The translations under genes were made by a program, and so were the position numbers. Source: Paecilomyces variotii (taxonomy: Eukaryota). From it: a stretch of 64,000 nucleotides of DNA. The stretch's first letter is position 1, and every line of letters starts with the position of its first letter. A model generated the notes under the pieces. That model searched no databases. It saw only the letters and a list, made by a program, of their open reading frames with translations, and had not been told where the DNA came from. Below are positions 21,644 through 33,888 of this stretch, piece after piece. Location of the stretch: assembly GCA_004022145.1 (NCBI GenBank), contig RCNU01000012.1; one strand, given 5' to 3'.

Positions 21644-24415
21644 ATGCTGCGGATCCGACGGTATAGGGTCTTTGTGGCCTTCACCATCATCTTTGTTCTC
21701 ACAGTCTTCCATTTCGCTCGATCGCGCGACTGGTCGCCCGCTGCCGAGTCCGCCCCGCTGGTCGATCTGGCGGAATCGAACGGGCCTCCTGCCAGTGCTC
21801 CTGACCATGATTCTACCTCTTCTCAACATGGATTTGTCCCTGAAAGTCCGCCTCAGATTGCGAAACCTGAAGCAAAGAAACCTGAGCCGGAGGCCGTTGG
21901 TGGTGCAGGTGCCGCAGGTGCTACAGACTCAAAGCTAGATACGCCGCCCAAGACGCCCCCGAAAGACACTTCTCATATCAGCAAACCTGACAAGATCGAC
22001 TCGACCGTTCAGTATGGCAATTCTATACCTGGAATCCTGGGCCCAGACTTCGGCCCTCAGGGTCAGGGCAGGCTAGAGGTTACGCTGCCAGATGCTCCAG
22101 GCAGGCCTGAACCTCACTGGCGCAAGTTCCCAGAGCATTTCCCCGTACCTTCGGAGAAGCTCATTAAGTTGCCCACCGGCCAACCGAATAAGATACCGAA
22201 ACTACAAGCACAATTCGCGGAGGAGTCGGCTGTGGAACAAGTGGCTCGCAACCAGAAGTTGGCGACTATCAAGGAAGCTTTCGAGCATGCATGGAAGGGA
22301 TACAAATCAAACGCCATGGGCCATGACGAGCTACGCCCGGTTGAGGGTGGCTACCGCGATCCATTCTTGGGTTGGGGTGCTACCTTGGTCGATTCTCTGG
22401 ATAGTCTGTGGATAATGGGTATGGAGGACGAGTTTGTGGCCGCGATGGAAGAGATCAAGAAGATCGACTTTACAACCAGTAGCAGAAAGGATATTCCAGT
22501 TTTTGAGACGGTCATTCGCTACCTGGGTGGTCTCCTCGGTGCCTACGATATCTCCGGGCAGAAGTATCGTGTGCTCTTGGACAAGGCTATTGAGCTAGCC
22601 GAGATTTTGATTGGAGCCTTTGACACGCCTAATCGCATGCCAGTGATGTACTATAACTGGGCACCGTATGTCGAATCCTTTGCGTATTATATTGCCCGCC
22701 CCTGTGTCCATTACTGACCCGATTCTCTTTAGCGACTACGTTTCTCAGCCCCATCGCGCGAACACTCGGGTCGTCCTCGCGGAGATCGGTTCCCTCTCGA
22801 TGGAATTCACGCGCCTGGCCCAATTGACCAAGGAAGACAGATATTACGACGCCATTGCACGAATCACGAACGAACTCGAGAAGATGCAAGATAACACCAG
22901 GCTTCCAGGAATGTGGCCCATCCAAGTTGATGCTTCTGGATGTAAAAAGGCTCATCGGAAGTCGGCTCAGCTGCCACCACTCGGCAAACCTGAAGAGGCC
23001 CAGGGGGCTAACGTTCCTTCGCCTCCTATGCCCATGAGAGCGCCAACAGATGTTGAGAGCTACATGAACTATATCAGTCCGTCGCATCAGAAACGGGATG
23101 CGGAAAGTTTCGTGCACGAAGATACAGAGCCTGCTGTCTACGACGCTGTTCCAACGCAAACGCCAGTAGCCAGAGCTCCTGTGATCAACGAGGCCGGCAA
23201 ATCCTACTGCGAGGAGCAAGGCCTTGCATCCCCACCTTACTCCTCGAGCGACAGGTTCGGACTGGGTGGTCAGTCGGATTCTACCTACGAATATCTTCCG
23301 AAGGAATACATGCTTCTGGGTGGGTTGGTTGATCAGTATCGGAAAATGTACCAGCGTTCCATGGAAGTCGTTCGCGATTATATCCTCTTCAGACCGATGA
23401 TCAAGGATGACCGGGATCTCCGCTTCGCGGCCACTGTGACCTCAACACGGCCGCCTGCCGGCAAAGACGATTTCGATTCGTTGAGCTATCAATACGAAGG
23501 CACTCATCTTACCTGCTTTGCTGGTGGTATGTTCGCAGTGGGTGCCAAAATTTTCGATATACCATCTGATATGAGTCTTGCCGCGAAATTCACCGACGGC
23601 TGTGTCTGGTCTTACGAAGCCACTGCTACCGGCATTATGCCAGAAGGCTTTGAAGTCCTCTCGTGCGAGAACGCGGCTTCTTGTCCATGGAATGAGACCC
23701 GATACAACGAAGTCCTGGATCCTCATCCTGAATATCGAGTCAAACAGGCGGAGCTGGTCTACGAGAAAAAGGTCAAGTCGGCTAAACAAGCACAGAAAGA
23801 TCTGGAGAAACCCGCGAAGGCTCCTTCCCACGACCAGGAGAACCAAGTCGCCAAGCGCGGCGTGAAGTTCCATGGGAGCGAAGAAACGACTACGCCATCC
23901 AAGACAGTTGAAGATAGCGCCGAACCGCACGCTTCAGGCGTCGCTATGCCGGACAAGCCAAGTGTGCTTTCTCATGAGGACTTTGTTAAAGCTCGCATTC
24001 AGGATGAGCGTCTGCCTGCGGGTTTCACAAAGATCTCTTCCCGCAAATACATTCTTCGACCGGAAGCCATCGAGTCGGTCTTCATCATGTACCGACTAAC
24101 TGGCGACAACTATTGGCGAGAGAAGGGGTGGAAGATGTACGAGGCGGTCAGCGCTTACACACGCACAGAGCTGGCCCATTCTGCCATCCACGACGTTACG
24201 AGCGGAGCTCCTCTATTTCTGGATTCCATGGAGTCATTCTGGCTTGCAGAGACTCTGAAGTATTTCTACCTGCTGTTCAGCGATCCCAGTGTGGTTAGCT
24301 TGGATGAATATGTTCTGTGAGTAATGATTCCCTTGCGTGCTCTCGAGAGCTGCGATCTTCTAACATGGACGTTTTCAGGAACACCGAGGCGCATCCTTTC
24401 AAGCGCCCGACGTAA
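21644..24415 (+). CDS. Class I alpha-1,2-mannosidase (GH47) with N-terminal membrane anchor; introns 22666-22732 and 24317-24378
   Basis: [80 protein letters not shown] and a final exon [11 protein letters not shown]. Confidence 0.95.
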
Positions 24416-25272
24416 TCACGAAATGGACACTGCCTCGCCAATTGCTTTTCTTCGTTTCGCTTGTATAAATATGGATACCACAACAACATTACCAAGTAGC
24501 TGCTAATTCTGTCAACATGCATGTATAATGTGTACCGTTCTCCTTTTTCGGGATATTCTGGTATGGTCATTATTCTATGGTGGTTTGGAGGTACAGGAGA
24601 CACCGCATAGGTAATGGCTAGATGGCACAAAAGTAAGCTTTGAATAGATATGGCAATACCAATAATATCATATCAAATACCTTCTAACCCCGCGCCACCA
24701 TTCGGGAGCAGGATGACGTTATGAGCCACGCGTAGTGAAGAGGTTCTTAGACCAGATTCTCTGCAGTATATGGTATGTAGACTATCATTATGTATTATTT
24801 ACCAATTGGTTTTTGGCTGCATGTCAAGTGTCACAACGGCAGATCATAGGATGCCTGTTCCTGCAGCGCAAGAGCCGTTTAACTTGAACCCCCCTTTCGT
24901 GGAGAGTGAGCCCGTGATCATCTGATGTCTCTAGAGAATTAAGAGTCAAGTCGACTATCGAGTTATCGACAGTTAGGCCCGGCCTTGTTTTATTTCTCGC
25001 GGCTAGTTATTATTATTATTATTATCACTACTCGGTACTATTCTTGGCCCGGCCGGACGGCTCATCCGCTACTTATCCTTGGACCAGAACGAGCCTACTC
25101 CAAGCTTCCCCCCACCTGCCACTCGACTTGGCCGCAAAGCACTTAAACTAGGTCTTGACCCTCACAACTCAACAGAAAAGCCCCGAGAAACGGTGACGAA
25201 CGGGGGGCGCTTATCGGACGGGATGATTGGAGTGACAAGGCTGGGTCGACCAAGAAGATCGAGCTGTAGGAA

Positions 25273-27863
25273 ATGGAGTTGGACATCTCCTACAGCCTTG
25301 ATAATGCGCAGCAATTCTGGGATGGTGAGTCGCTCTTTTTTCGGACATCCCGATCTCGGGAGCAAGCTGGGATGTTGCAGCGGTCGTGTACTCCAAGCGA
25401 GTGCTGGTTCCTGGAATGCGAAGTCTCTATTGTTCAAAGCTAACTGGGAGTCTTTATCGGAACAGAGCTCGAAGAGATCGTCTCTGCTCAATGCGACTCC
25501 GAAGGTCTTATCGACAGCGCGCTGCGGACTTACCTGAGCTTTACCACCAGATATAAAGGTTGGTTATACCTTGGCATCAGCGACAGAAATCACACGTCTG
25601 CAATCTCCCGGGTCCAAATCGATGGTGTTATTCTGCGGTGATGGGTGCATTGGCATCATTGGGACCGGGGAGATACTTCATTCAGAGGAGATGTGCTGAC
25701 GACGTTTCCGCATCCTTGCGGGGTTATAAATAGATGAGTACCTCACTTCTGACTACGACATCTTGCGATGCTCGTACAAGCTCTTCTCTTCGAGTATCTT
25801 CGCCGCCCACGCGGACTATGTCCGAAGACAGATTGTTTATTGCTTGCTTCAGGTGCGCTATCCCTGGTTTGATGGAGAGTCATCGTGTATACGATTGGTA
25901 CTGACCTTCTCTACCTTCGATGTACAGGAAGATGACCTTAATACCCTACACCTAATTGTCTCCTTCCTTCTCTTCGATGGCCGCCAGAATGAGGTTACAT
26001 TTCAGATGATGAACGATGAGGGCTCGTTCCCGCGCCTGGTGGAACTCATACAGCTGCCCAGGAAGGACGAGAACGTTGAACCCGGTCTTCACCGGTTACT
26101 CATGGACCTTTTCTACGAGATGTCCCGCATCCAGCGAGTCAAGGTCGAGGATCTCGGTGAGTTGCATACGCTGGTCAGGACTTGGGAGTGCGCGAACAAT
26201 CGGCTGATGCGTGATGCGGTCACGATCTATAGTTCAAGTGGACGATGACTTCGTGAGATACCTCTTTGAGATCATCGAAGAGCTCTCCTACGATGCCAAC
26301 GATCCGTATCATTACCCTGTCATTCGCGTGGTGGTACGTGTCTTGTGTTGAAAACTCACCATACAGGATTGAGCTGACAGTCGACCTAGCTTATTCTTAA
26401 TGAGCAATTCATGGTATCAGAGCACGATCCGACAGTCGAGTCGGCCATTGCACACCGTCTGACCAACCGTGTAATCAAAGTTCTCTCCATGCATGGCTAC
26501 GCTTACAAGACGTTTGGCGAAAACATCATTCTTTTGCTCAACAGAGAGGGTATGGTATTCTCTGTGCTTGTTTCCAGAAGAAGATCTTCTAACCTCACTA
26601 GATGAGACGTCGTTGCAACTCTTGACACTAAAACTCCTCTACCTTATATTTACGACTCCACCGACTTACGAGTATTTCTATACTAATGACCTTCGCGTCC
26701 TGGTTGACATTCTTATACGGAACCTCTTGGATCTTCCCGAGGAAGCAGCGGCACTGCGGCATACCTACCTGCGAGTTCTTTATCCGCTTCTAGCCCACAC
26801 GCAGTTGAGGTATCCGCCGTATTACAAGAGAGAGGAGGTGAGGCGGATGCTCAGTATACTTGTCCCTCAAGGCGATGAGGCAGATCCTGAGAGGATACTC
26901 CATTTCAACGATGTCGACGATACGACCAAAAGGCTTGTGGCCAGGTGTAGCAAGGTTGAATGGCTACAGGATCCGGAGCCGGAGCCGGAGCCGCAGCTCA
27001 CTGAATCCCCTACTGCCGTTTCTTCAGACACACATCGGCCTTCATTTGTGGAACAATCCCCCGAGACAGTCGTGGGAGAGCAACTGGAGGCGACAACGTC
27101 TGTCGTATCTACAAACACGGATCTTAGCTCTACTGCCAATTCGTCGCCAACGAGGCCGGTTGAGAGAACTCCGTCAGACACGAGCTCAATTGCGGGTTTC
27201 AAGCTGGGAGTGCCTTCTGGACCTTATCTAGAGGCATCTCGTTCATCTTCACTTAGTGCCGTGGAGGTTGCAATGCACCAGGAACAGCCTGGTGTCATCA
27301 CGCCAAGTGTCAAGGATGCTCTGACTGGTGGAAGCCTTGCGGCACAAGGCGCCTCACTCAAGCCTAAAATCAAACCAGAACCACCCATGGCGAGGCGGTC
27401 GCGTGGTAGACGCCCCCGGGATGAAAATGACAGCGGCTGCAGGACTCCAGGAGGTGTAGACTTGAGTGGTTACGAACTGAGGAAACCATCTGTTGGAGAA
27501 CATAATGCAACTCCGCTCCCACCTCCCGCACGTCGATCAGCTTCACATCCTCCGCCTGCTGTGCCTCCGCCACGACGGTCATCCCATTCTGTCCATCCGC
27601 ATACCCCGACTTCAAGCAATGGATCTCTTCCGATTGTAGCGGGTATGGCAGTGAGTCCACACAGACACGGCCAGAAGCCTGAACCGCCAAAGACACGCCG
27701 ATCTGGACGTACAAAACATCTCCAGCCCGAAATGCCTGTAGAGGAGCCAAAACCAGAATTGGAATCGAAGGACCCGATCGTGATCATTTCTACGCAGTCG
27801 GGAGAGGTCCAAGAATCGCCTGTCAGCATCGAAGAGGTCATGCAGAAGGTCAGCATCGGATAA
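25273..27863 (+). CDS. ldb17: LDB17/SPIN90/Dip1-family Arp2/3 activator with Pro-rich C-terminus, multi-exon
   Basis: [64 protein letters not shown] and [12 protein letters not shown]. Several GT..AG introns. Confidence 0.88.
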
Positions 27864-28861
27864 ACCGCACAGTATCGTATGGCATGTACAGTATATAAGT
27901 AATAAATAACATTGAGCATGGTATAAACCTGCCGTACTCATAGCACCACTCACTCATAACGACTCGGTAAAGAGAGCGCTCGTGTCTCCATTGCTACCCG
28001 AATAACGGTTTGGAGTCAAACTTGCGTTACATATTTCTCAAATATACCGTGACTTACACGCGCTTGGCGTCATTTGTTTTCCACCATTCCCTCCACGCAC
28101 TGCTCCGATCTTGATAAGGTACAAGTTACATTTCGATTCCTTGGTGCTATCAAACAGTCAGCAAAGCTGCACTCATTGGCATACACCTCTCCTATTCGGC
28201 AACCAGCAGTGATTAGAGGTAAGCTTACTGGCTACTGATCAATGATCTCTGCTCACGCGACAATAAAATATTATCTGTCCCACTAGGACCTGCGATTGGT
28301 CCTCATGGAAGAATCACGATGGTAGCACTACTACCGGCTACAGACATAAATCAATTTGTCCAAACCCTCAGGCTGGGTGTCGCGGGTGATGTCTTCCATA
28401 CTTTATAGATTGGTTTCAGGGCAGACAGGACTCGAGTCTCTCTTTTTTTCTTTTTTTCTTTTTTTCTTTTTTTCTTTTTTTTGGACAAGGATATCATCTC
28501 ACGTATCTTCTTTGATAGTTAGAACCGGATGCATTCATATCTCGTTTCCCGCTTACTTATGCAATTTATACAATCTTCATCATTTCCTTGTTCCTTCTTT
28601 CCCAGCTTCGGGCCCCTCCGTAGAATTCCAGTCCCTCATAGATCGCAACTTCCGTTGGCGAAACCAGACAAGACAAGACAAGACGGAAATGACCGAACAA
28701 AATCGAGAGTCTACCCAAAGACACCAACAACAGAAAGTTACACTCGTTTCCTCATTGATATCCGCATTATCTAGAGCATCATCATATCATCAGTATCAAT
28801 ATCAGAATCAGAATCAGAGATTATAACCAAAGAAGAAAAAGAAGGAACAGGGAAGCCGAAA

Positions 28862-30693
28862 ATGCCTATCCCAGACGTTTGTGTCGTGGGAGCCGGCATC
28901 GCGGGCTTGAGATGCGCCGCTGTGTTGCTGGAGAAAGGGGCTCGTGTGACGATATTTGAGGCGAGAGACAGGATTGGTGGAAGGGTAAGTAGTTCTCGTT
29001 TATTGGTTTTTCTGGCTACCTTTGGAGATTGTTTGTGGTGAGGTTCGTTACTGATTTTGGGGGATGTTCTTATTGGAAATAGATCTGCCAGAGTGATGAA
29101 ATTGGGAGAGAGGTCGACTTGTAGGTGCTTCTCTGCTCTTTTGATTCTGCTTTTTAGATATTCTGATACGGAATTTTTTATGTGGCTAACTATTTCTCAG
29201 GGGAGCGCAATGGATACATACGCTCGAGAATAATCCTCTTCTTGAGATTGCCATCGACGAAGATGTCGCCCTTCATCGATGGGGCAGTGACGTTCAGGTC
29301 TATGATTCTGGCCGGAACCTCATTGATAACAGCAGAGCTACGTACATCTCTGAGCGAAGAAGGGCGATCATCCGGGATGCTATCGAGTACAGCAAGAAAC
29401 ACAAAGACAAGATTCCGACATCAACTAGTCTGCTCGATTTCTTCCTCGAGAGAGCGGCACAGGAACAGTTTCCAGATAACGTGCACGATCGGAAACTTCT
29501 TCTGGAAATGGCTGAACTTTGGGGTGGGTTCATTGGCGGCGATGTGAGCAAGCAGAGCCTGAGGTCTATGTGGATGGAGGAATGCGCAGTTGGAGGTAAG
29601 TTATTTTATTGCGTGATTTATTGAGTATATCAGCTTGGTCTTGGTTTGCATAATTACAATCTTTCTGGAAACTAATTACATGAAATCATCACCAGAGGAC
29701 CTGTTCGTCTCAACTACATATCGCGAGATTGTGGATAATGTCGCCCTCATAGCGCGCAGATATCGTGCTATCCACTTGGGGATGAAAGTGACTGGGATCA
29801 AAAGCATTACCAGAAGGGCTCCACGTGAGAAGGGTGGAGTGGTGGTCACAGTTGAAGATGGACGCAGCTTTCCCTTTGACGAAGTCGTGGTTACCACGCC
29901 GTTGGGATGGTTAAAACGCCATCAAGATGTCTTCAGCCCTCCATTAGAAGCAAGATTGACGAAGGCAATAGGACGAATCGGATATGGGAATTTGGAAAAG
30001 GTGAGCCCACTTCCTCCATCGGTTTCTATACGAGGTTATATACTGAATATTTTGGGTCAAAACGAAAAGATATATATAAAATTTCCTCGCGCCTTTTGGA
30101 GAGAGACTCCGAGTCAGAAGCAAAAGTACGGGAATGGAGATCCCGCCAACGCATCCTCTCCGATTGGATATCTTAATTTCCTCTCTCCATGCTACGCACC
30201 AGTCACGAATCCCTCGCAGTGCCCTCTTGAAGCGTACGATCTGTCCTGTCTGCCCGTTCAGTATGCCTCTCCAACTCTACTGTTCTTTATATGGGGCCCG
30301 TCTGCCGTTCGCCTTACAGCCGCTGTCCGGAGTCTCATCCCCAGCAAGCAATTTGAGTATCTCAAGACGTATTTCAAACCATACTACAGTCTCCTGCCGC
30401 ATTACAGCGCGGGCCACGAAGACTGCCAACCACAAGTGATCCTTTCTACGGATTGGGCCGGCGACGAATTTGCGGGAAATGGTAGCTACACAAACTTTCC
30501 CACGGGAGTGGAGGATGCGAGCCGAGACGTTGACGCGTTGAGATATGGCTCTCCGGACAGGGCAGTGTGGTTTGCCGGTGAGCATACAGCGCCATCCTTA
30601 CATATGGGAACTGCAACGGGAGCGTACATCGCAGGCGAAGAGGTGGCAAAGAGAATTATCGAACTGTACGGGATGGAAAGGTGCCGCCTCTAG
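28862..30693 (+). CDS. Flavin-containing amine/polyamine oxidase, 5 exons, C-terminal CRL
   Basis: Rossmann motif VCVVGAGIAGL..FEARDRIGGR, DLGAQWIH, FDEVVVTTPLGWLK, GYGNLEK, TDWAGDEFAGNGSY and WFAGEHTA..GTATGAY. Introns begin near 28985, 29121, 29596 and 30001. Confidence 0.9.
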
Positions 30694-30871
30694 ACGATAT
30701 ACGACTACTTTGGTGTCTTCTGGGTAGAATGGTTTTCAGAGATATTCATATGCTCTATTCTTCTTGGTTTTGTGTGGGTCCCACTGGGTTTTCTTATTGA
30801 TTTAGAATAGAAATCTCAAACTGATATGCAGCGAGACCACTCTGTCCCGCTAGAGACCTACTTGGCCCGTA

Positions 30872-31626
30872 TCATACCTTGGTAGTGGGTGGCTTCGGTG
30901 GACTAGAAGGTATTGCATCCTCTACGGTCTTCTTGGGGCCAGTAAACCAATGCATTCCTCCAAGCCCAAAGGGAAGAATCCATCCCACAAGACTGACAAT
31001 CGTGACGATGCCAATGCAGATTGGCGCGTAATTGAGGGATTCCTGAGGCCTGTCAGCTTCTCATCATTTATGCATAAAGTATACGTAGATGCGTGTATCT
31101 CTTACCGCCGTAACAGGATAAACTTGCGGTAGCAACAGCACCGCGAACAAGAGCATGATATACCCTCCCGCAATAAAGGCAAGGAAGGGTCCATACCGGC
31201 CCAGATTCCACGCAGCAGGCTCAAAGTACTTTCGGCCAATAGTGTATCGGGCCACGATAGGAATCAGGTATGAAAAGTTCGTTGCGATCGTAGCTCTATA
31301 TGAAACACCCAGTTTATTAGTTAAAAGGGAAAAAAGAGAGAGATGTAAGGAGAGAAGAGGTCACTTGAAACCCCGTCTCCTCTCATACAGAAAAATCTCC
31401 GACGAAAGAAAGAAAGAAAATACATCAAACATACGTCGCAGTAATAGCCGAAAAAGCCACCTCGGACCCAATCACGGCACATGTAATAGCGATACTAAGG
31501 ACGCAGACGAGAATGGCCGCGTTGACAGGGACTTTTCTACTGTTGAGTTTGCGGAATAATCGAGAAAACGGGAGGACGCCATCGCGGGATATGGCGAATG
31601 TGACGCGCTGGAAAGGTTATATAGTT

Positions 31627-31661
<35 letters not shown>

Positions 31662-33888
31662 TAGGTTTGTGTGTCTCTCCTTGGGGTATGTATGTGTGTG
31701 TGTGTGTATGTGATGTTGTTACGGTGTGGGGAGGGATATTCGTTACCTGAGCAGACATGAAGCATGATGCTGTGGCGCACTGTATACAGTTGATGGGTTA
31801 GTTCTGGGTTTTAAATTTTGCATATACTGTATCCAGAAGTGATAGAATTAAGCTAAGCAAAAGAAGAGATACCCACAGTCGAATCAACCCATAAAAGAGC
31901 CAATATACCAACGGCACCATTCGGGCCAACGATCTGAAGGAGATATTCGGCGAAACTGTTTGTATATGATGCTATAAATAAGGCAAGAAACAAGAAAAGC
32001 CGATCAAAATTAATTAGTCGTCTTTCCTTTTAGTTCAAATTGATAGTTGTTAGTTAAGAGAAAAGAAAAGATTTCATCCTCACAATTGATAATCGCGTTG
32101 AAATCCTGCATACAGAAAAGCATAATTATGAGAGTTGGAACGGAGCCGAGCCCTGTGTTTTTTTTTTTCGTTTTTGGTCCTGTTAGTTTCTTCTATTTCA
32201 TCAGGATTTTGCGGTGGGTGGGTTTTTCTTTCTTTTTTGGGGGGGGGAGGTTTGGGAAGTGTATGTATGTATGTACTCACAGGCACAAAATGTCGACAAC
32301 CACATTCCTCTTGCGACAACGATGCTATTATGATCGATTGATGAGTCAACAATTAGTTCTGACCTTTTTAATAGAGAGGTACCCCGGGGGGTTGATATAT
32401 TTTCCCACCTTGCATTCTGCGTCTCTTCTGCTAAATGTGCGGATGTATCTGTAGAAGGTTAAGTAACTAATTCGACACTCGTCAGCTCGCAATAGACCGT
32501 ACCATATCCGTAAAAGACCCTATGAAGTCCAAGTGTTAGATCTCGGACCTTCATATGTGGGGACTCATCCCTATCAACGGACGAGCATGCAGGGAATATC
32601 AACATCACTTACCATGCTCCGAAGAGGATACCGATAATCCAACAATACGAATCGGAAGCCTGTTTCTTGGGACCCTCGTTGATGCCGTTGTAGAATTTAT
32701 TAAATACTACTTCCCGGCTTTGGAAGTGGCCGGATGCCTGATTAGAATTGTGCAGGTCGTTAGCATATAGTTACTCGTTGAGTGGTAAATAACAATATGT
32801 ATGTATTGTACCTTTGCGGGAAGCCATGTCCAGTATATAATAAAAAGTGAAAAGAAGATAATAATCGCGAAGCGGAAGTATAGTTTTCTGAGGTAGATTA
32901 GCTGCTATAGAGGGAACAGAAGGGAAACAAAACCAAACCAGACAACGTACAAAATCCGCTGAGATGTGACGGTTGGTATCATGGCGACCAACAACCCGAT
33001 TGCACTACATAAGTCTCATCAGTTCTCAAATCCAGATAGGTAGTTACGTTAAGAAACGCAATTCATCTTACGTCATGAGCCATGAAAGCCATCCCTGTTC
33101 CAGAACAGAAGCATTGGGATACTTGATCTCAAGTGCAGAGAGCAGAAAATTCGTTGCTCCTTGTTGAACACCGGGAACGACGCAAATCCATCCGACCCAA
33201 TTCCACCACTAGAAATGGATATGGTCAGACCTGCCAAAATTTCTCATCTATTATGTTAGATGGAATTCGAAATCCACGCGTCTTACCGCAGTCATCCAAC
33301 TCAGAAATGGTCCCCATTTAGGCCCTCCTAGTCTATAACTCCAGAAATATATCCCACCCGCAGTTGGCAGCGCGGCCGCAATCTCTGCCATGACCAGCGA
33401 GACAACAGAAGAGAAACCACCAACCATGGTCCAGTTTGCGAATGCGGATTTCGGTCCTAGTAAGGTTATTGTGTAAGTCGAGGCTCTACCATGCGAAACA
33501 GTCCTGCAAACAGTCCGGTATCTATATTGACGTACCGCCAGAGACCATAATGAAGGAGAACAGGACAGGAATGCCAGAGACAAAGTTCATTGACTTGATT
33601 AGGTGTCAGTATAGCAACCACAATAGGCCTTTGGAACGAAAGCACTAACGGAGAAAGTAGCTGCCCAGCTCTCGAAGAAGCCTAGACGTCGCAGTAATTC
33701 TATATCCAAATCTGGATTAACGATCGAAGCCACACCGAGAAGCTTGCAATGGCGCAAAGCAGACGCTCACCCTGCTTGTATCCTAATTGTGCCAGTCGAT
33801 ATTCATCTTGGTCAAGGACTCTTCCCCCGGAGATATCTGTCACGGGTTGCTCCTGCGATATTGCCTGGTCTTTGGATATTTCCTCCAT
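30872..33888 (-). CDS. APC-superfamily amino acid/GABA/polyamine permease (UGA4/TPO5-like), about 17 exons
   Basis: Spliced by eye: DEYRLAQLGYKQELLRRLGFFESWAATFS, MAEIAAALPTAGGIYFWS, WWNWVGW, GAWVFYGYDTSAHLAEETQNA, AQRVTFAISRDGVLPFS, NYAPICIG and WFTGPK. The last codons could be altered by a further intron. Confidence 0.88.
31629..31690. repeat. Poly(T) run of ~30 nt plus a (GT)n microsatellite inside a permease intron
   Basis: Read directly from the sequence. Confidence 0.9.

Noticed and set aside
32738-32811. Possible stwintron at the non-consensus GTACAA donor of the permease
   Set aside because: The intron is only ~74 nt, and no nested intron that would restore a consensus donor was found.
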